From Lama glama (Eukaryota): a stretch of 64,000 nucleotides of DNA. Positions 27,596-39,600 of the stretch are shown piece after piece. The position numbers and the translations under genes are program-made. The notes below the pieces were generated by a model that was given only the letters and a program-made list of their open reading frames with translations, did not search any database and was not told the origin of the DNA. Within the stretch, counting starts at the first letter, position 1, and each line of letters begins with the position of its first letter. The DNA lies in contig CM052822.1 in the NCBI GenBank assembly GCA_028534125.1, forward strand, positions 78,492,001-78,556,000. Direction: 5' to 3'.

Positions 27596-28757
27596 ATCGT
27601 GAAACCATTACTTTTTTCTCAACAGACACGGCAGCCACACTGAGTAATTCCTTCTGGGGTCTTTGGGGGAGAAAACAACTTTTAGACTAGATTTCCTTTT
27701 CCAGTATACCAAGGAGATCTGCCAACAGTGTGAACTCCAGGCCAAACTAGCACGCACTCAGGTGCTGTCCACTCCCAGCCTGGGCCCAGGGCCCGGGAGG
27801 TCACAGCGCGCCAAGGGCCACACGCGGGTCTGAGCACCCAGGCCCAGCCCGCACCGCGGAGTGTGCACACCTAGGCAAGAGCCTCCCCTCCCAGCCTCTT
27901 CTCCTCCTGGAGATCCCTCACTCCCGTTTTCCTGGCGTTCGTCAGGACGTGGCCCCCACACAAGCCGCGCGGGGCACAGAGCAGCAGTGTCCTCACGGGC
28001 CCCCGAACCCGCACCAGCAAAGGCCCTGCCGATGACGGGTTGGTGCCGATTCACTGAGCGCTTCATAGACTCGGGGTCGAAGCCGATTGTGCTCCGTGGA
28101 GGCGGAAACAATTCACAGCACGGAGGCTGACCCTTCTGCCTTTCCGGGGCGGCTCCTGGACAGGGGCTTCTCAGCAAGCTTCCTTCTCCCACCCGAGCAG
28201 CTCCCCTCACAAAGCCCCAGAGGACCCAGACAGCAAACACAAAGGCCGCGAAGGGGAGGCGGTGGGGGAGGAGGCCCGGGCACAGCGTCCCCGCCTTCGC
28301 AAGTGCCTGCTGCCCGGCCCCCGCGTGCAGGAGCTCGTTTGCAAGGGGCGCTTCCCGCTGGGCCTGACGCCCAGTGTGATTTTTTAACAAGGCCCACGGT
28401 TGTCAGCACAGCCAGTGGGAAACACGTATGGAAAACGTAAAAGCCAACCTCACAAGCACCACTTCCGTTTCCTGGTGAGAATTAGGAAACACAACAAAAT
28501 AGACACCACGGAAGAGAGAAATGTGGTGCTTGCACACAGGTCTCCTCACATGGGAAGCCCTTGTCTGAAAAGGGCTTCCCAAACCAACACCACGCACGTG
28601 GCACGGAAAACCCTAGTCACTGCGTGGATCACCTTAATACAACTCCACTCTGCGACGAGCAGTAGGAATTCACAGGAGAGAGAACCGCCCTGGTGGGCTT
28701 CTGGAGGCCATGGAAAGTTCTGGAAGGCAGAAGAGGTGCTGGAGGCAGAGGACGCTC

Positions 28758-29228
28758 TGAAACCGTGGGTAATGAGTCAGGCCCACCTCACCTGCCTTCC
28801 CTGATCACGGTCGTTTTAAGACACATGCGCCCTCCAAGCAACACGGAGCCTACACGGGCCGCCCGCTCGGGCAGCTTCCCGGGAACCCGGAGCAGCTGCG
28901 TCTGGTCCCAGCCCAGCTGGAAGAGCCGGGACGGGCCGCCGATCCCCCAGCTGGGCCTGCGCGGTTGACCCCCGCGGGCCTGCAGCCCAGCTACGCCTGC
29001 GCAGGCCAGCGAGCGGCACCTCCTCCCAATTACCTGCCCCCACGCCCCGCGCCTCAGCTGGGCCTGCGCCTTCAGTCCTCATCCCACAGGCGCCGACACC
29101 CCGCCTTCAGGGGGGCGGGTCTGAGATGGGCTCTCCTGTCTCGGCGCCTGGCTGCCCTGCAGGTGCGCCCCGGCGTCTCGGCGCAGCACCTGCTGTGCGT
29201 CAGGTGAAATGAACCTGGCTTGGTAACA
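28758..29228 (+). mobile_element. Solo ERV1-class LTR (MER34/MER39-like 3' end), 471 bp
   Basis: Begins TGAAACCG and ends GAACCTGGCTTTGGTAACA, with an exact 4-bp TSD GCTC at 28754-28757 and 29229-29232. Segment ggcgggtctgagatgggctctcctgtctc...ggctgccctgca resembles MER4-group LTRs. Confidence 0.75.
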
Positions 29229-29269
29229 GCTCCGGGAGGCAGAGAGGGTTCCGTGCCCACGGACCTGTC

Positions 29270-29330
29270 TTGTGTTTGCAGCTCCCGTGCCCAGAACCAG
29301 GCCTGGCACACAGTAGGGACTCGGCCCACT
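29270..29330 (+). mobile_element. L2 3' end fragment
   Basis: tgcccagaaccaggcctggcacacagtaggga. Confidence 0.5.
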
Positions 29331-29445
29331 GCAGTGAGTGGAGGGTTACCTGGTTCGCTGTGCAGTTCAGTGGAAAACTGACCCTGTCCACAGTGAGAAC
29401 AGAGGAGCCTGACAAAGAGCAGACGCCTGAAGTTCCCTCAAAATG

Positions 29446-29642
29446 CACCCTTGTCCCTCGTATCCATGGGGGACTGGCTCCAGGACCCACACGGGTACCA
29501 AAGCCCACGGAAACGCACGTCCCGTGTTCGGCCCGCCGCAGATTCAATCAACCTCAGACTGCAGCATGACATATGAATCAGAAAACCCCCATGTGTAAGT
29601 GGATTCATGCAGTTCAAACCAGTGCTGTCCAAGGGCCAGCTG
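29446..29642. mobile_element. MER8/Tigger-family non-autonomous DNA transposon
   Basis: Left end ttgtccctcgtatccatgggggactggctccaggaccc and right end gcagttcaaaccagtgctgtccaagggccagctg match recalled MER8/Tigger2 termini. Confidence 0.7.
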
Positions 29643-31854
29643 CCGCTGGGTTTAGTCCCCGGCGTGGACGTGAACAGTGGAGCTGCTTCTGAGCTCAGGC
29701 GGCAGCCTTCCCCCAGTGAAGCCGGGCTCTTGCTGCTGCCCCCACAACCTTCCCCGCGGGGACAGGAAGTTCGCAGCTGCAAGGCCGTCCTGCTCTGTTG
29801 GACGACGGCTGGTACGCAGCCCACTGGGGCCCCAGGCGGCATCTCAGGGGCACTCCAGGGACCCTGCCTGGGATCGGGGGGCCTCCCCAGACACGCCGTC
29901 CTCCTCCTCCACCGGCCCTGTGACTCCTCGCTCTGACCCGGGTCCTCAGTGGGTCAGTGGCTCAGTCCACCAGTCGGACACAGGGCTCTCTCTGGGGTCC
30001 TTGGCAATGAAACGGCCCTAGATCTTGTGCTTCAGTAGGAAGCGACCGAGCTGACATAAAGTGGGGTCTCTGGATGAAGAGGCGAGCTGGCCACCGGCCC
30101 CCCAACAGAAGCCAGGATGGCAAGCCCCCAGGCGGGAGGCTGTACTTCCTGGATGGTTCACATTTTATTCCAACCAAGTATATGAATCTCCTTTCCTGAC
30201 TTCCTAGGCTGAAGGCCCTTCACTCGTTTTGAAATGTTCTTACAGTGAGAAGCTGAACTTTACAGTGTTGTTCTGGAGGTCAGCGTGCTGCGTGACGAGC
30301 AGGAGCAGGGAAGCCTGGCACTTCTGGTGCGAGGATGCATTCCCTCGCCTCATCTTGCTGCTACAAAACCCTTAAGTTAATGACTGTTCCTGTTACAGAT
30401 GCCTCATCTGATAATCAGCATTCCTTAGTATTTCACTGACATCTTATTCCCACCCAGAGAAGCAGGGCGGGGACAAGAAGGGGGGCCGGGTCCTGAAATG
30501 CAGAGAACATCAGCCCTGGGTGCTAACGGGGCCAGGACAGGTGTTCAGATACGGTCAGCACAGTGGCGCACATTTGTGAAAACGGGCATTCTTCAGCGTC
30601 ACTGCTGAAAACAGAGTCCTATCCCAGGGTAACCAGAGGGATTCTGGAAGAGCAGCTGGGCCAGAAGCCCGACTTTCAGCAAGAGCTCGCCCCCACTTCG
30701 TGGCCACGTGTATTCATTCCTCGAAGACTTTTAAGCAAAGAGAAGGCCCGTGTCCCCTCAGGCTCCGTCTGGGTTGGTCTCGGAGGCTTAGTAACCTCCA
30801 CATGCCCACGTCTCAGGCTCCTTACTTAGAAGTTGCTTGTAAAGTGATGAAACTGGAGCAGGGGTCCTTCCCATCTCTGAAAGTCTACAACTGGTTCATT
30901 CATTGATTCAGCAAAAATGACGGCGTGTATATATTGAGATATGCCCTCCTTACACTGACTTACAACTAAGTGTCTTCGGTGTATGGGCTCCCTCTGCAGC
31001 CTCACTGGGTCCGTGGCAAGCGGGCCGGTGGGTTCTGAGGAAGGAAGGGTGAGCGACCCTCCGTCGGCCCCTCAGTGCACCACCGCTCCCCTATGCCCGG
31101 CGACGTGATCTACGGATCCACTGTAACCGAACAGAACATGAACCGGATTTGAGGAGATTCTTGCAAAGAAGTCATGGACGGCTCGTGGTGGCACGGAAAA
31201 GGGGACCAGCCGACACGCCTCCTGGTGGCAGCTCTTCAGGCAGGACGAGGCCAAAGGACCAGCGATTCAATCAGACCCCGCGAGCAAGCAGCCAAAGGGA
31301 CTAAAAACCACCCGTCAGACTTCCTCAAATACGGACTTGCACGCTCTCACTGACGCTGGACAGCTGCACACTGTGCCACGGGGCAACAGGCCACGACACC
31401 CCGAGCCACTGAGACTGAAGCATTTCACAACTAAGCATCTGAGACAGTACTAATACTTTTCGTGGGTACAGAAATGCCTTGTAGCTTCAATGGTATTAAC
31501 TAATCACTGATAATGTTTAATTTCTCACTCTCTTAAACTGATTTTTAATTTGTTTGGTAGTAAGCATTAGCTCAATAGAACATGCATGTAATTGGCAAAT
31601 ACACACACTTACACGTGTATGTGTATACGTGCACACATATACGTGGCATGGGCCCCGGCCATGAGGTGTGGGGAGTTTCTAGCAGAACAGTGACAGGGTC
31701 AGATCTCAGGCGGTCGCTCCACCAGGACTGGGGGTGCTGGAGGAGGCAAGACTCCTTCCTATTAGGGCTGGTTCTGCACCACATCAGCCCGTCACCTCTG
31801 CCCCTGCACGTGAGCACACGGCCAGCCGCTGCCTTCCAAGACTCCCACCTGCAC

Positions 31855-32010
31855 CAGGGCTTCTCGGCTGGCCTGGCTGGCGTTCTGGCCAGTTCTCTGG
31901 GTGGGCAGCCTGTCCACTGCAGGGCGTCCAGCACCCCTGCCTCCACTCCGGAGGGTCCAGCTGCACTCCACCCATCCTGGCTGGGACACCAAAAGTGTTG
32001 AGAACCACCG
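31855..32010 (+). mobile_element. MER20-like hAT element
   Basis: cagggcttctc...ctgcagggcgtccagcacccctgcctc...gttgagaaccac. Confidence 0.6.
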
Positions 32011-35000
32011 GGTTACATAAAGGAACTATGCCCTCCTCTCCAGGCTGAAAGTTAACACAGCCCTCCGCCTTTTATTCAAAGGACATAGTCGTCCTTCTTT
32101 ATTCATGTATTTTATAGAGCAAAGCAGCGTCTTTTGATATCCTGGAGGAACTCTGACAACATTTGGAACACATGTACCCAGACCTGGGTAGACGCTTTCA
32201 AAATAAGGCTTTGATTTTGGAGTTAGCACCCATTTAATCTTCTACAATCTTTGTGGAACGTTTTATGTAAGATCGCCTCTAACAATCTGGAACATTCTTT
32301 TTTCCCTGGTGTTTGACTATAAATGTAACCCGGATATCTGATGTTCTTTCAGAATTCCTATGGAAAACATTTACTCATTAAGCAAATGCTGCATATTCTT
32401 CAACAGTATCAATGCCGACCAAACACATCAGGTTTTAACATCACCAGCAGGCTTCCTAATTAATGTACTACTGTGTCAATAATGTAGTTTCCTGGCGCCC
32501 TAAAATGCATTTTACATCTATATCTCACCCCCTCAAAATGTTTGGAGAATAAGAAAAATTCTCAGCTCGATTGCACGCACATCTTTACCTTTTCAGAACA
32601 GCACTAAATCAAGACATGCTTTGAGAAGGACGTCTTCCCAAAGAGACAGAGCAGGTACAACCGGCAGGATCTGAACTCACAGCCAAGTGCTGCGCTCTTC
32701 GTCCCTAACCACTCACCGCGTTTCTCACTAACAGAGTTTTCACTCCCAGACCGGCCTGTTGACACTGCCCCACTGGCTGGCGCGTGAATTCCAGGCGGTG
32801 GTTTGAAGTGCGCCAGCAGAGCAGTCCACACGGCTCTGGCTGTTTGGTCTGTGTGCCCGCACCACACCCTCCCAGACGAGGGGGCGCTAAACCCTAAACT
32901 CCTCATCGTGACCCCTCGGGGACGCGGCCGTCAGTAGGCGCCGTGGGTATTAGGGAGTAGGTGGCCCTGCTTCTAGAAGACAGCCCTGAGAATCCAACCT
33001 TTATTCTGAAACATCATTTTTCCACTTAAGAAGGGTTTCTACACTCAAAGTCATCAAAATGGTTCCTTCTGCTGAAACTCCCAGCAGGGCAAACCCACGC
33101 AGACAAGCGCTTTCTGGGTTTCAGTTTCCCCACCTGTGTGTCCTCTTGAAGCATTTGCCCCAAACAAGACAAAAGTGAACAGGAGGCCCAAGGCCTGGCG
33201 TGGTCACTCCCAGGGGAGCAGACGCTGGCTCAGCTGGGCGCTGGGCCGCCCTGCACGGGACCCTGCCTGGCTCCTGCCGCAGAGAAAGTCAGCCCACGCC
33301 TGGTTCTGCATGAGAAGAAAGTCTCTGTTCCATTGCATTTTTTTTAGCACATTCCAGGCCTCAGGTGTGACACAGACATTGGCTGGGAACTTGGAATCCT
33401 TGCTGGGTTCACCTCAGAGTGTGCCCCACGGGAGGGCCTCACATGGGGGCCCCAGCCCCCATGTCGGACACCTCTGCCTCCCCTCCCCAGGGACCCCGAG
33501 GAGCCCTACGGCAGCCAGGGGAGAGCGAGGGGGGCGCCTGTCCCTGTCACGCTCTCAGAGAGAAAGGCTGCTGGGAGGAGCAAACCACAGGGACGGGGCG
33601 CCAGCCAGAGCCCGCAGACCTCCCACAGGAGCGCCACGGCCCGAGCAGGTCACAGAGCTCACGGGACCTGACAGACCACAGGCCTGTGGACACTGGGCCG
33701 GCAGGTACCACCCCTCAAAGCGCAGTCCAGATGTCACCAAGCTCCTCTGGGAGAGCGAGGAGGCCAGCCCACAGAGCCGCAGACACACAGAGCAGGCTGG
33801 GCCCGGTGGCTGCTGGACACCAGTGAGGCACAGCCTGGAGGTGGGGGCCCTCCCTGCAGAGGGGCCTTGGTGGAGCCTGGGCCACAGGACCAATGCTGCC
33901 GGAGTCAGGCCGGGGCAGTGAGACCCCCACTCTGCCATCACTGCCATGGCCCAGGCCTCGACAGCCCACGGGGCAGCACGTGGGCCTCCCTGGCCAGCCC
34001 TCACTCTGGGACAGCGGCCGCGGGGCTGGCTGGGGTGGGGTGTGCTGCCCTGGCTGTGTCGCCCATGAGAGGCAGCAGCTCGGCACAGCTGGGTCCCCAG
34101 TGCCATGTGTGACCCCAACACTTCTCTAGGGTACGTGAGTCCCTCAGTCCCTGTCGTCAAATATGTTTATGCCCTGGTGAAAAGACAAAACTCCAGACAC
34201 TTAAAAAGACTGCAGCCTAGACATTTCAAACATACCCCAAAAAAGGGCTCTGATTTTTGCATCTATCAAATATCAATATTTAAATATTATTTAAAAGAAA
34301 GTGTTTACTGTTTTTGAAAAAGAATATGCACTGTCTCCTTTTACTGCACTTCCCATGCAAACATGTAAGAAGTCCGTATGACGATCATTTAAACCTCATT
34401 TCTTCTATCCAAGGGCCTTAAGCTCTTTGAAGGGATGACATGGAGGGACAACCGACAGTGTTACTGCGCTGACTCGTCCTCAGTGTCAGAACACAGCCCG
34501 ACTGCATCCCACTTGGGTGTGAATATTTTTTAAACATGCTCATTAAGACACACAAATGATATTATTATTTTAAATGGTAATGCTTTTGCAAAAACCTCAG
34601 CAGTCAATTCAGCTACAGCAAAGTAACACTGTTTTCAATAAGAACATCGTTCCGTCATCTGGCCACCGGCCTGGAGAGGCCCAGGTTCCAGAAATGGCCG
34701 CCAGGGCTGCTCTCACCAGGGGCTCTCCCGCCATCTCGTAAAATCCTCTCAAAAGCACGAAGAATTCGGTATTTTGCTTGTGGTATAAATTCAGAGAGAT
34801 TTGGGGGAAGTCCTTTCACTTCTCCTGATTTCCCAACCAAGTGCAAACGGTAAAGATTACCAGATGGAAAGACAGGGGAGTCCTCGGTCCCTCAACGTGC
34901 GCCCTGAAGTGCTATCTTTTCTCGCCTAACTTGTGTTCTAGACCCACAGCCACGCACCCCACCACGTGTCCGGAAGCCGCCGACAGCTTCTGGCTCTGCT

Positions 35001-36486
35001 AAGGCCCTCTCTGCTCCACACTGACCATGTCAGGGACTCGAGGCCAGAACACCCTGGTGAGGCGGGGAGAGGCCGAGGGAAGGCTTGGTCACAGGGTGGG
35101 CTGGGCCCTGGGGGCAGACCCTGCTCCGTCCTCATTGCAATCCCCTCTGTGCTCTGCTCAGACAACGCTGAATCCAGGTGGAAGTTTGGTGATCTGAATC
35201 TCGGCCTGTTTTCAGGCAACGCAGAAAAAAAGATTTAAGAAGTCCCCAACTGTTTTTTGGTAAAAGCAGAGGTGCCTCTCGGGGCAGAGATGGCTTGAGG
35301 CAGGAAGGCTGGTGGACGGCGGCTCACACTGCTTCCGCACCCACACTCCTGCCCCCGACCTGCCGGGGAAAGCTGCGCCGTCCCTGGCTGCTGTGCCGCG
35401 TCCGGTGCCACGGAACACCGGCTACTGCAGAGAACACACGTCCCCGAACTGGCTTCGAGCCGCTCCTCAGGTTAATTACTGCTCTGAGCTGGACTGAAGC
35501 CACAGCCCCAGATGGAGAAGGCACTGGCCCCCCAGGGCCACCTTTAGAGGCTGCGCCGTTGCTTACACGTTGACTACGTTTCGCTGTCGGAGTCAGAACT
35601 GACCACACTGTTAATATAGAGGCCTTTTCCCTTTGGAAACCAGGTCAACCTTTCTTCTGAAAACTCCTTCCGCCACACAAACGCTATCCAAACACATCCT
35701 CGTACTGTACGCGGGATGGCGCAGTGTGACGCAGACTGCCCGCGTCACGGTGGGGTGGTCCACTCTTTCGTCTACCAGCTGCCCTCCGAGAAGGCTCACG
35801 GCTGACCTGAGTGACCCATCCCTTGCCCGTCTGCCGCTCTAAATCTCAAGCTTAGATGGAACCTCCTCTCACCCTTTTTCTTACAAAAGTTATCCCTCCT
35901 TCATCCCTTACTCTGAAGTGGACTTTTTGTTGGAACAAGTCTCAAATGAGAGCTAGCTTCTTTGGTGTGTGTATTACTGCCTTTAAAAAGCCCAAGGGGA
36001 GCGCCGAGGCATTCTCAACAGTTCACGGACACGGCAACCCATGCCTTCCACGTGGCGCCTGCACTCCTGCCATCGTGGGGGAGCTGAAGGTGTCCAAACA
36101 CAAGCCATCCCCTTCCAAACATCAAGATCCCCTCGGAGAGGCCAAAGGATCGAATCTGACACCAGAACAAACCTCAACACAGAAGAGCAACGCCTTCCCC
36201 CAGACGCCCGTGTTCCTGTGGAGCTGGAGGACAAGCCCTCACAGCACACAGAACCCTTCCGCTAGGACCCCATTCTGCAGCGCTCTCCCTGCCCCTTCCT
36301 GGGGTCACCTGCTGGGAAAGAACAGCGATTCTGAAGGCCGGAGACCTGGGGCCAAGCCCAGCACCGGGTGTCCACGGTGGTTTCTTCGCCACGCCCAGTC
36401 TCAGTCTTTCCATCTATAGAACAGAGACGGAAATGCTGGCCCATCACAGCTAAATGGGGTGTACACATAACCACACGCAGAGAGCT

Positions 36487-36657
36487 CAGGGGTTGCCAGG
36501 GCTGGGGGCGGGCAGGCGTCACTGCAAAGAGGAGGCGTGGGGCAGCGTCAGGGGGATGGAGCTGTTCTGGCCTCTGGCACTGGAATCTGTACAGAGAGCC
36601 ATTTACCTAAGGAAAAAGCTAACTTCCACTAGGTGACAATTTTTAAGTAAATTAAAG
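36487..36657 (+). mobile_element. Ancient L1 (L1MC-like) 3' UTR fragment
   Basis: ggttgccagggctggggg...gggggatggagctgttctg...aatttttaagtaaattaaa. Confidence 0.5.
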
Positions 36658-39600
36658 GGACATCACCCCAATCTATTTTATAACTGTTAGCTCACCCCAC
36701 CGTCCAGGCACCATGCCCCTGAACAGCCCCACGGGGCAGAGGGCGTGTCCTTGCATTTTCTGAATCACAGTCAATACAATTGGAGGCAACAGATAAAAAT
36801 AAGTAAAGCAAAAGCCCTCTCCTCCACCTCCACAAAGGAGGGCGGGTACCAAGTGATCATCGCAGAGCCCTCGAGGCAACCTCCCCTCCTCACGTCACAC
36901 ACACGGAGGCCACTCTACATGCAGGTGGACCTCACGCTTCAGGCCCCAGCACCTCTAGTCCAAAGTTCAGTTTCTTAGACTAATGTGGGAGCCACCCACT
37001 TATCAGCTCAGAATAACAAACAAAAAAGTTACTTAACATGTGAGCATAAGTGTTTCCAGAAGAGCCGCACCTTCTCCCTCCCTACCCTGGACATGCAGAC
37101 ATTAGAGTGGTGGTGGCTGAGCCAGAGAAGGTGCGAGTTGAAAGAGAAAATTCCTTCTTCCTCCAGCAAACTGTCTCCAGCCAGCAGACAGGTGCCCCGG
37201 CTGTTCCCTGCTTCTCTAGCTTTCTGGCCTCCTGTCAACCAAGATCTGAAAAATAAGTCCAGCTGCACCTACATTTATGGAGGTCAGTTTAGACAAACGT
37301 GAGAACAGCTGCCAGGCGCTTCTACGTGACGCAGAGGGCTTTCTGCCATGAGTTCAACTGCTTGGTTTCTCGGGAGATGAGCCATCTTGTCAGAAGAGAC
37401 AAGCTGGGCTCTCAGTCAGCCTCAGCAGGCCTGCCCCTACCTCCCACATCTGGATGAAACCCGTTTTGCCCATTTCTTAGGCTTTTCTTCACCTCTCCAC
37501 ATGTAAAGAATCCTTAAGCTAGCAGTATTTGCGCATACCCAGGCATATCGTGAATACCTGCCATGCAGAGTTAGAGGGTCCTTTTCATTTGGGCCACATT
37601 CAGTTACAAACACTTTTTCATTAAAAATTTTGAAATTCTAAGGTGATGAGCCAAGACATCGTGGTGCTGGAAACCTTCTTACTAATGACAGCTCGCTGGC
37701 CCTCCCTCACCCCATATTCCTGACTTTCAAAACCCAAAGAAAAGTGGGTGAATAACTATATTCACTAACTAGGTAAAACACTGCGTGCAAACAACAGAAC
37801 AAGGTAAACTCAGAATGCAGAATGCAGAAATTATTACCACGGAAAAGAACCAATGAAAACCACAGAGCTCCTAGGAGACATGCCTGGGGGACTAGCCTCG
37901 AGCTGCCTCCCGCCCCGAGCCGCGGGCTCTCTGTGTCCCCCTGCCCTTCTTCCCGGCGCACAGAGGGGACCGGCGGGGCCACACCAGCACCGAGGGAAGT
38001 GGAGAGCAGACAACCACAGACGCAGCAAGCCCTGCACCGCGCAGCGGGCACCACTGGTGGTGCCCTCCGTAAACCAGGTGCAAAAACAGGTCAGCTTTTA
38101 AAAGAAGGGCTGCAAGGCGCTCAGACACACAGCGAAGCTGCACGAACACAGGGGACCGTCTGGAACCCTCTTCACATGCCGCACATCCCTCCTGAGTCTG
38201 ACACGTTTAACCGTGCTCTCTGGACACAGGAGACAGCCATGTCACCGTTCCACCCCACGCCCTGCATTTGTGGGGGAGCCCACTGTCTGGCACCTCCCTT
38301 TCCCAGAAGCCTGGGGTCATCCCTGTGCCCCAGTCCCTCTGCCCGGGACGTCAGCACCTGAGGCTGCAGGAGCCACAGCAGGAGGAGGAGACAACTGGGC
38401 GGAAAAGGGCTCGCAGCCCAGCGGGGGGCAGGCAGCACAGGGTGGGGGCGGGCTGCCCATTTCCATACAGCCCACGAGCTCAGCGCCGGACCCCAAGAAG
38501 CAAAGCCCGATTTGTGCCTTCCTAGCAGGAAGGATGCTTTGATTTAAAAATAAAGCATCATGCCATCTCGTTGACAAAGCAAGGCTGCTTTGACTCCTGC
38601 TCCCGGCAGCTCTCTCCCCAGCTCCGTGTGGGCAAATCGAGAGGCAAAAACAAAGGAGGGAAATGGAAGCCTTCTTCAGAGCCAGGTGCACTGGCTGGGT
38701 TTGACTTTGGATTCTCCAAGCAAAATTTGCGTGAAAGGTTGACCCTATCCTTTGGGAAGTGAAGTTCCTATTTCTTTAGCAAAAGAGGAGGACCTTTCCT
38801 ACAACTGCTCGTCAACATGGGGGCCGCCAGAACAGGTTCACAAACGGGCCTCCCTGTAACTGAAGAGTGGCTTAGGGACAAGAGGCTGCTGTCCACGGCG
38901 GACTTATGGAAAGCACTGAGCACCTGAACAAAAGGACATCCTGAAACCACAGAGAAAGGCAGAAAGAGGGAGACGGAAAACCCAAAGATGGACACACGTG
39001 AGAAGAGTTGCTCAGCGGCCGGTGTCGTTTTGCCCTGCGAGCCACGGTGCTCTGGCTACGAGCAAGGCTGAGTCACACCATGGTGGGGGTGCCACATCCC
39101 TGCCCCCTTCAGCTCTGACAATAGTGCCACAAGCAACAGGCACTGTGTGCCTCAAGGGGCCTTCTGCACCAGAAGGATGTGGGCAGAGCCGGGGTGCAGG
39201 TCAGGAAGGCAACAGGATCACAGGAAAGGGTGCCCTGAAGAGCAGAGGCAGGACAGCCACTGTCACTGGGGTGCTGCCCACAGCTGTGGTGGAAACAGGG
39301 TCACGCCGTGGCGTATGGGTAAACTCGGACACAGGAGTTTTGTTGACCCAGCGTTTCAGCAAGAGCTCCTTCACCAGCTAAATGTGAACAGGCCCCTGGC
39401 TCAAGGTGCGGCATTCTGTGCAGAAAGAACTGGTCTTGGGTCTGGTGATATCTGGCCCCTCATTCAACCCCACAGCTTTACGATACAAGTGAAGAGCAAA
39501 ACTTGCATCTTCTGGAATCGTGCCTTCTGTGGGCCTTCAGCTGAGGCTGAGCGTTGAACTGCTAAATAAATACCTGGGCACAAGTGACATGGCTGGGCCA

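Noticed and set aside
4852-33921. Many 200-325 aa ORFs in intron 1 (for example 11814-12791, 25348-26253, 33136-33921)
   Set aside because: Expected in high-GC DNA; they overlap on both strands, several start at non-ATG codons, and none shows a recognisable family or exon structure.
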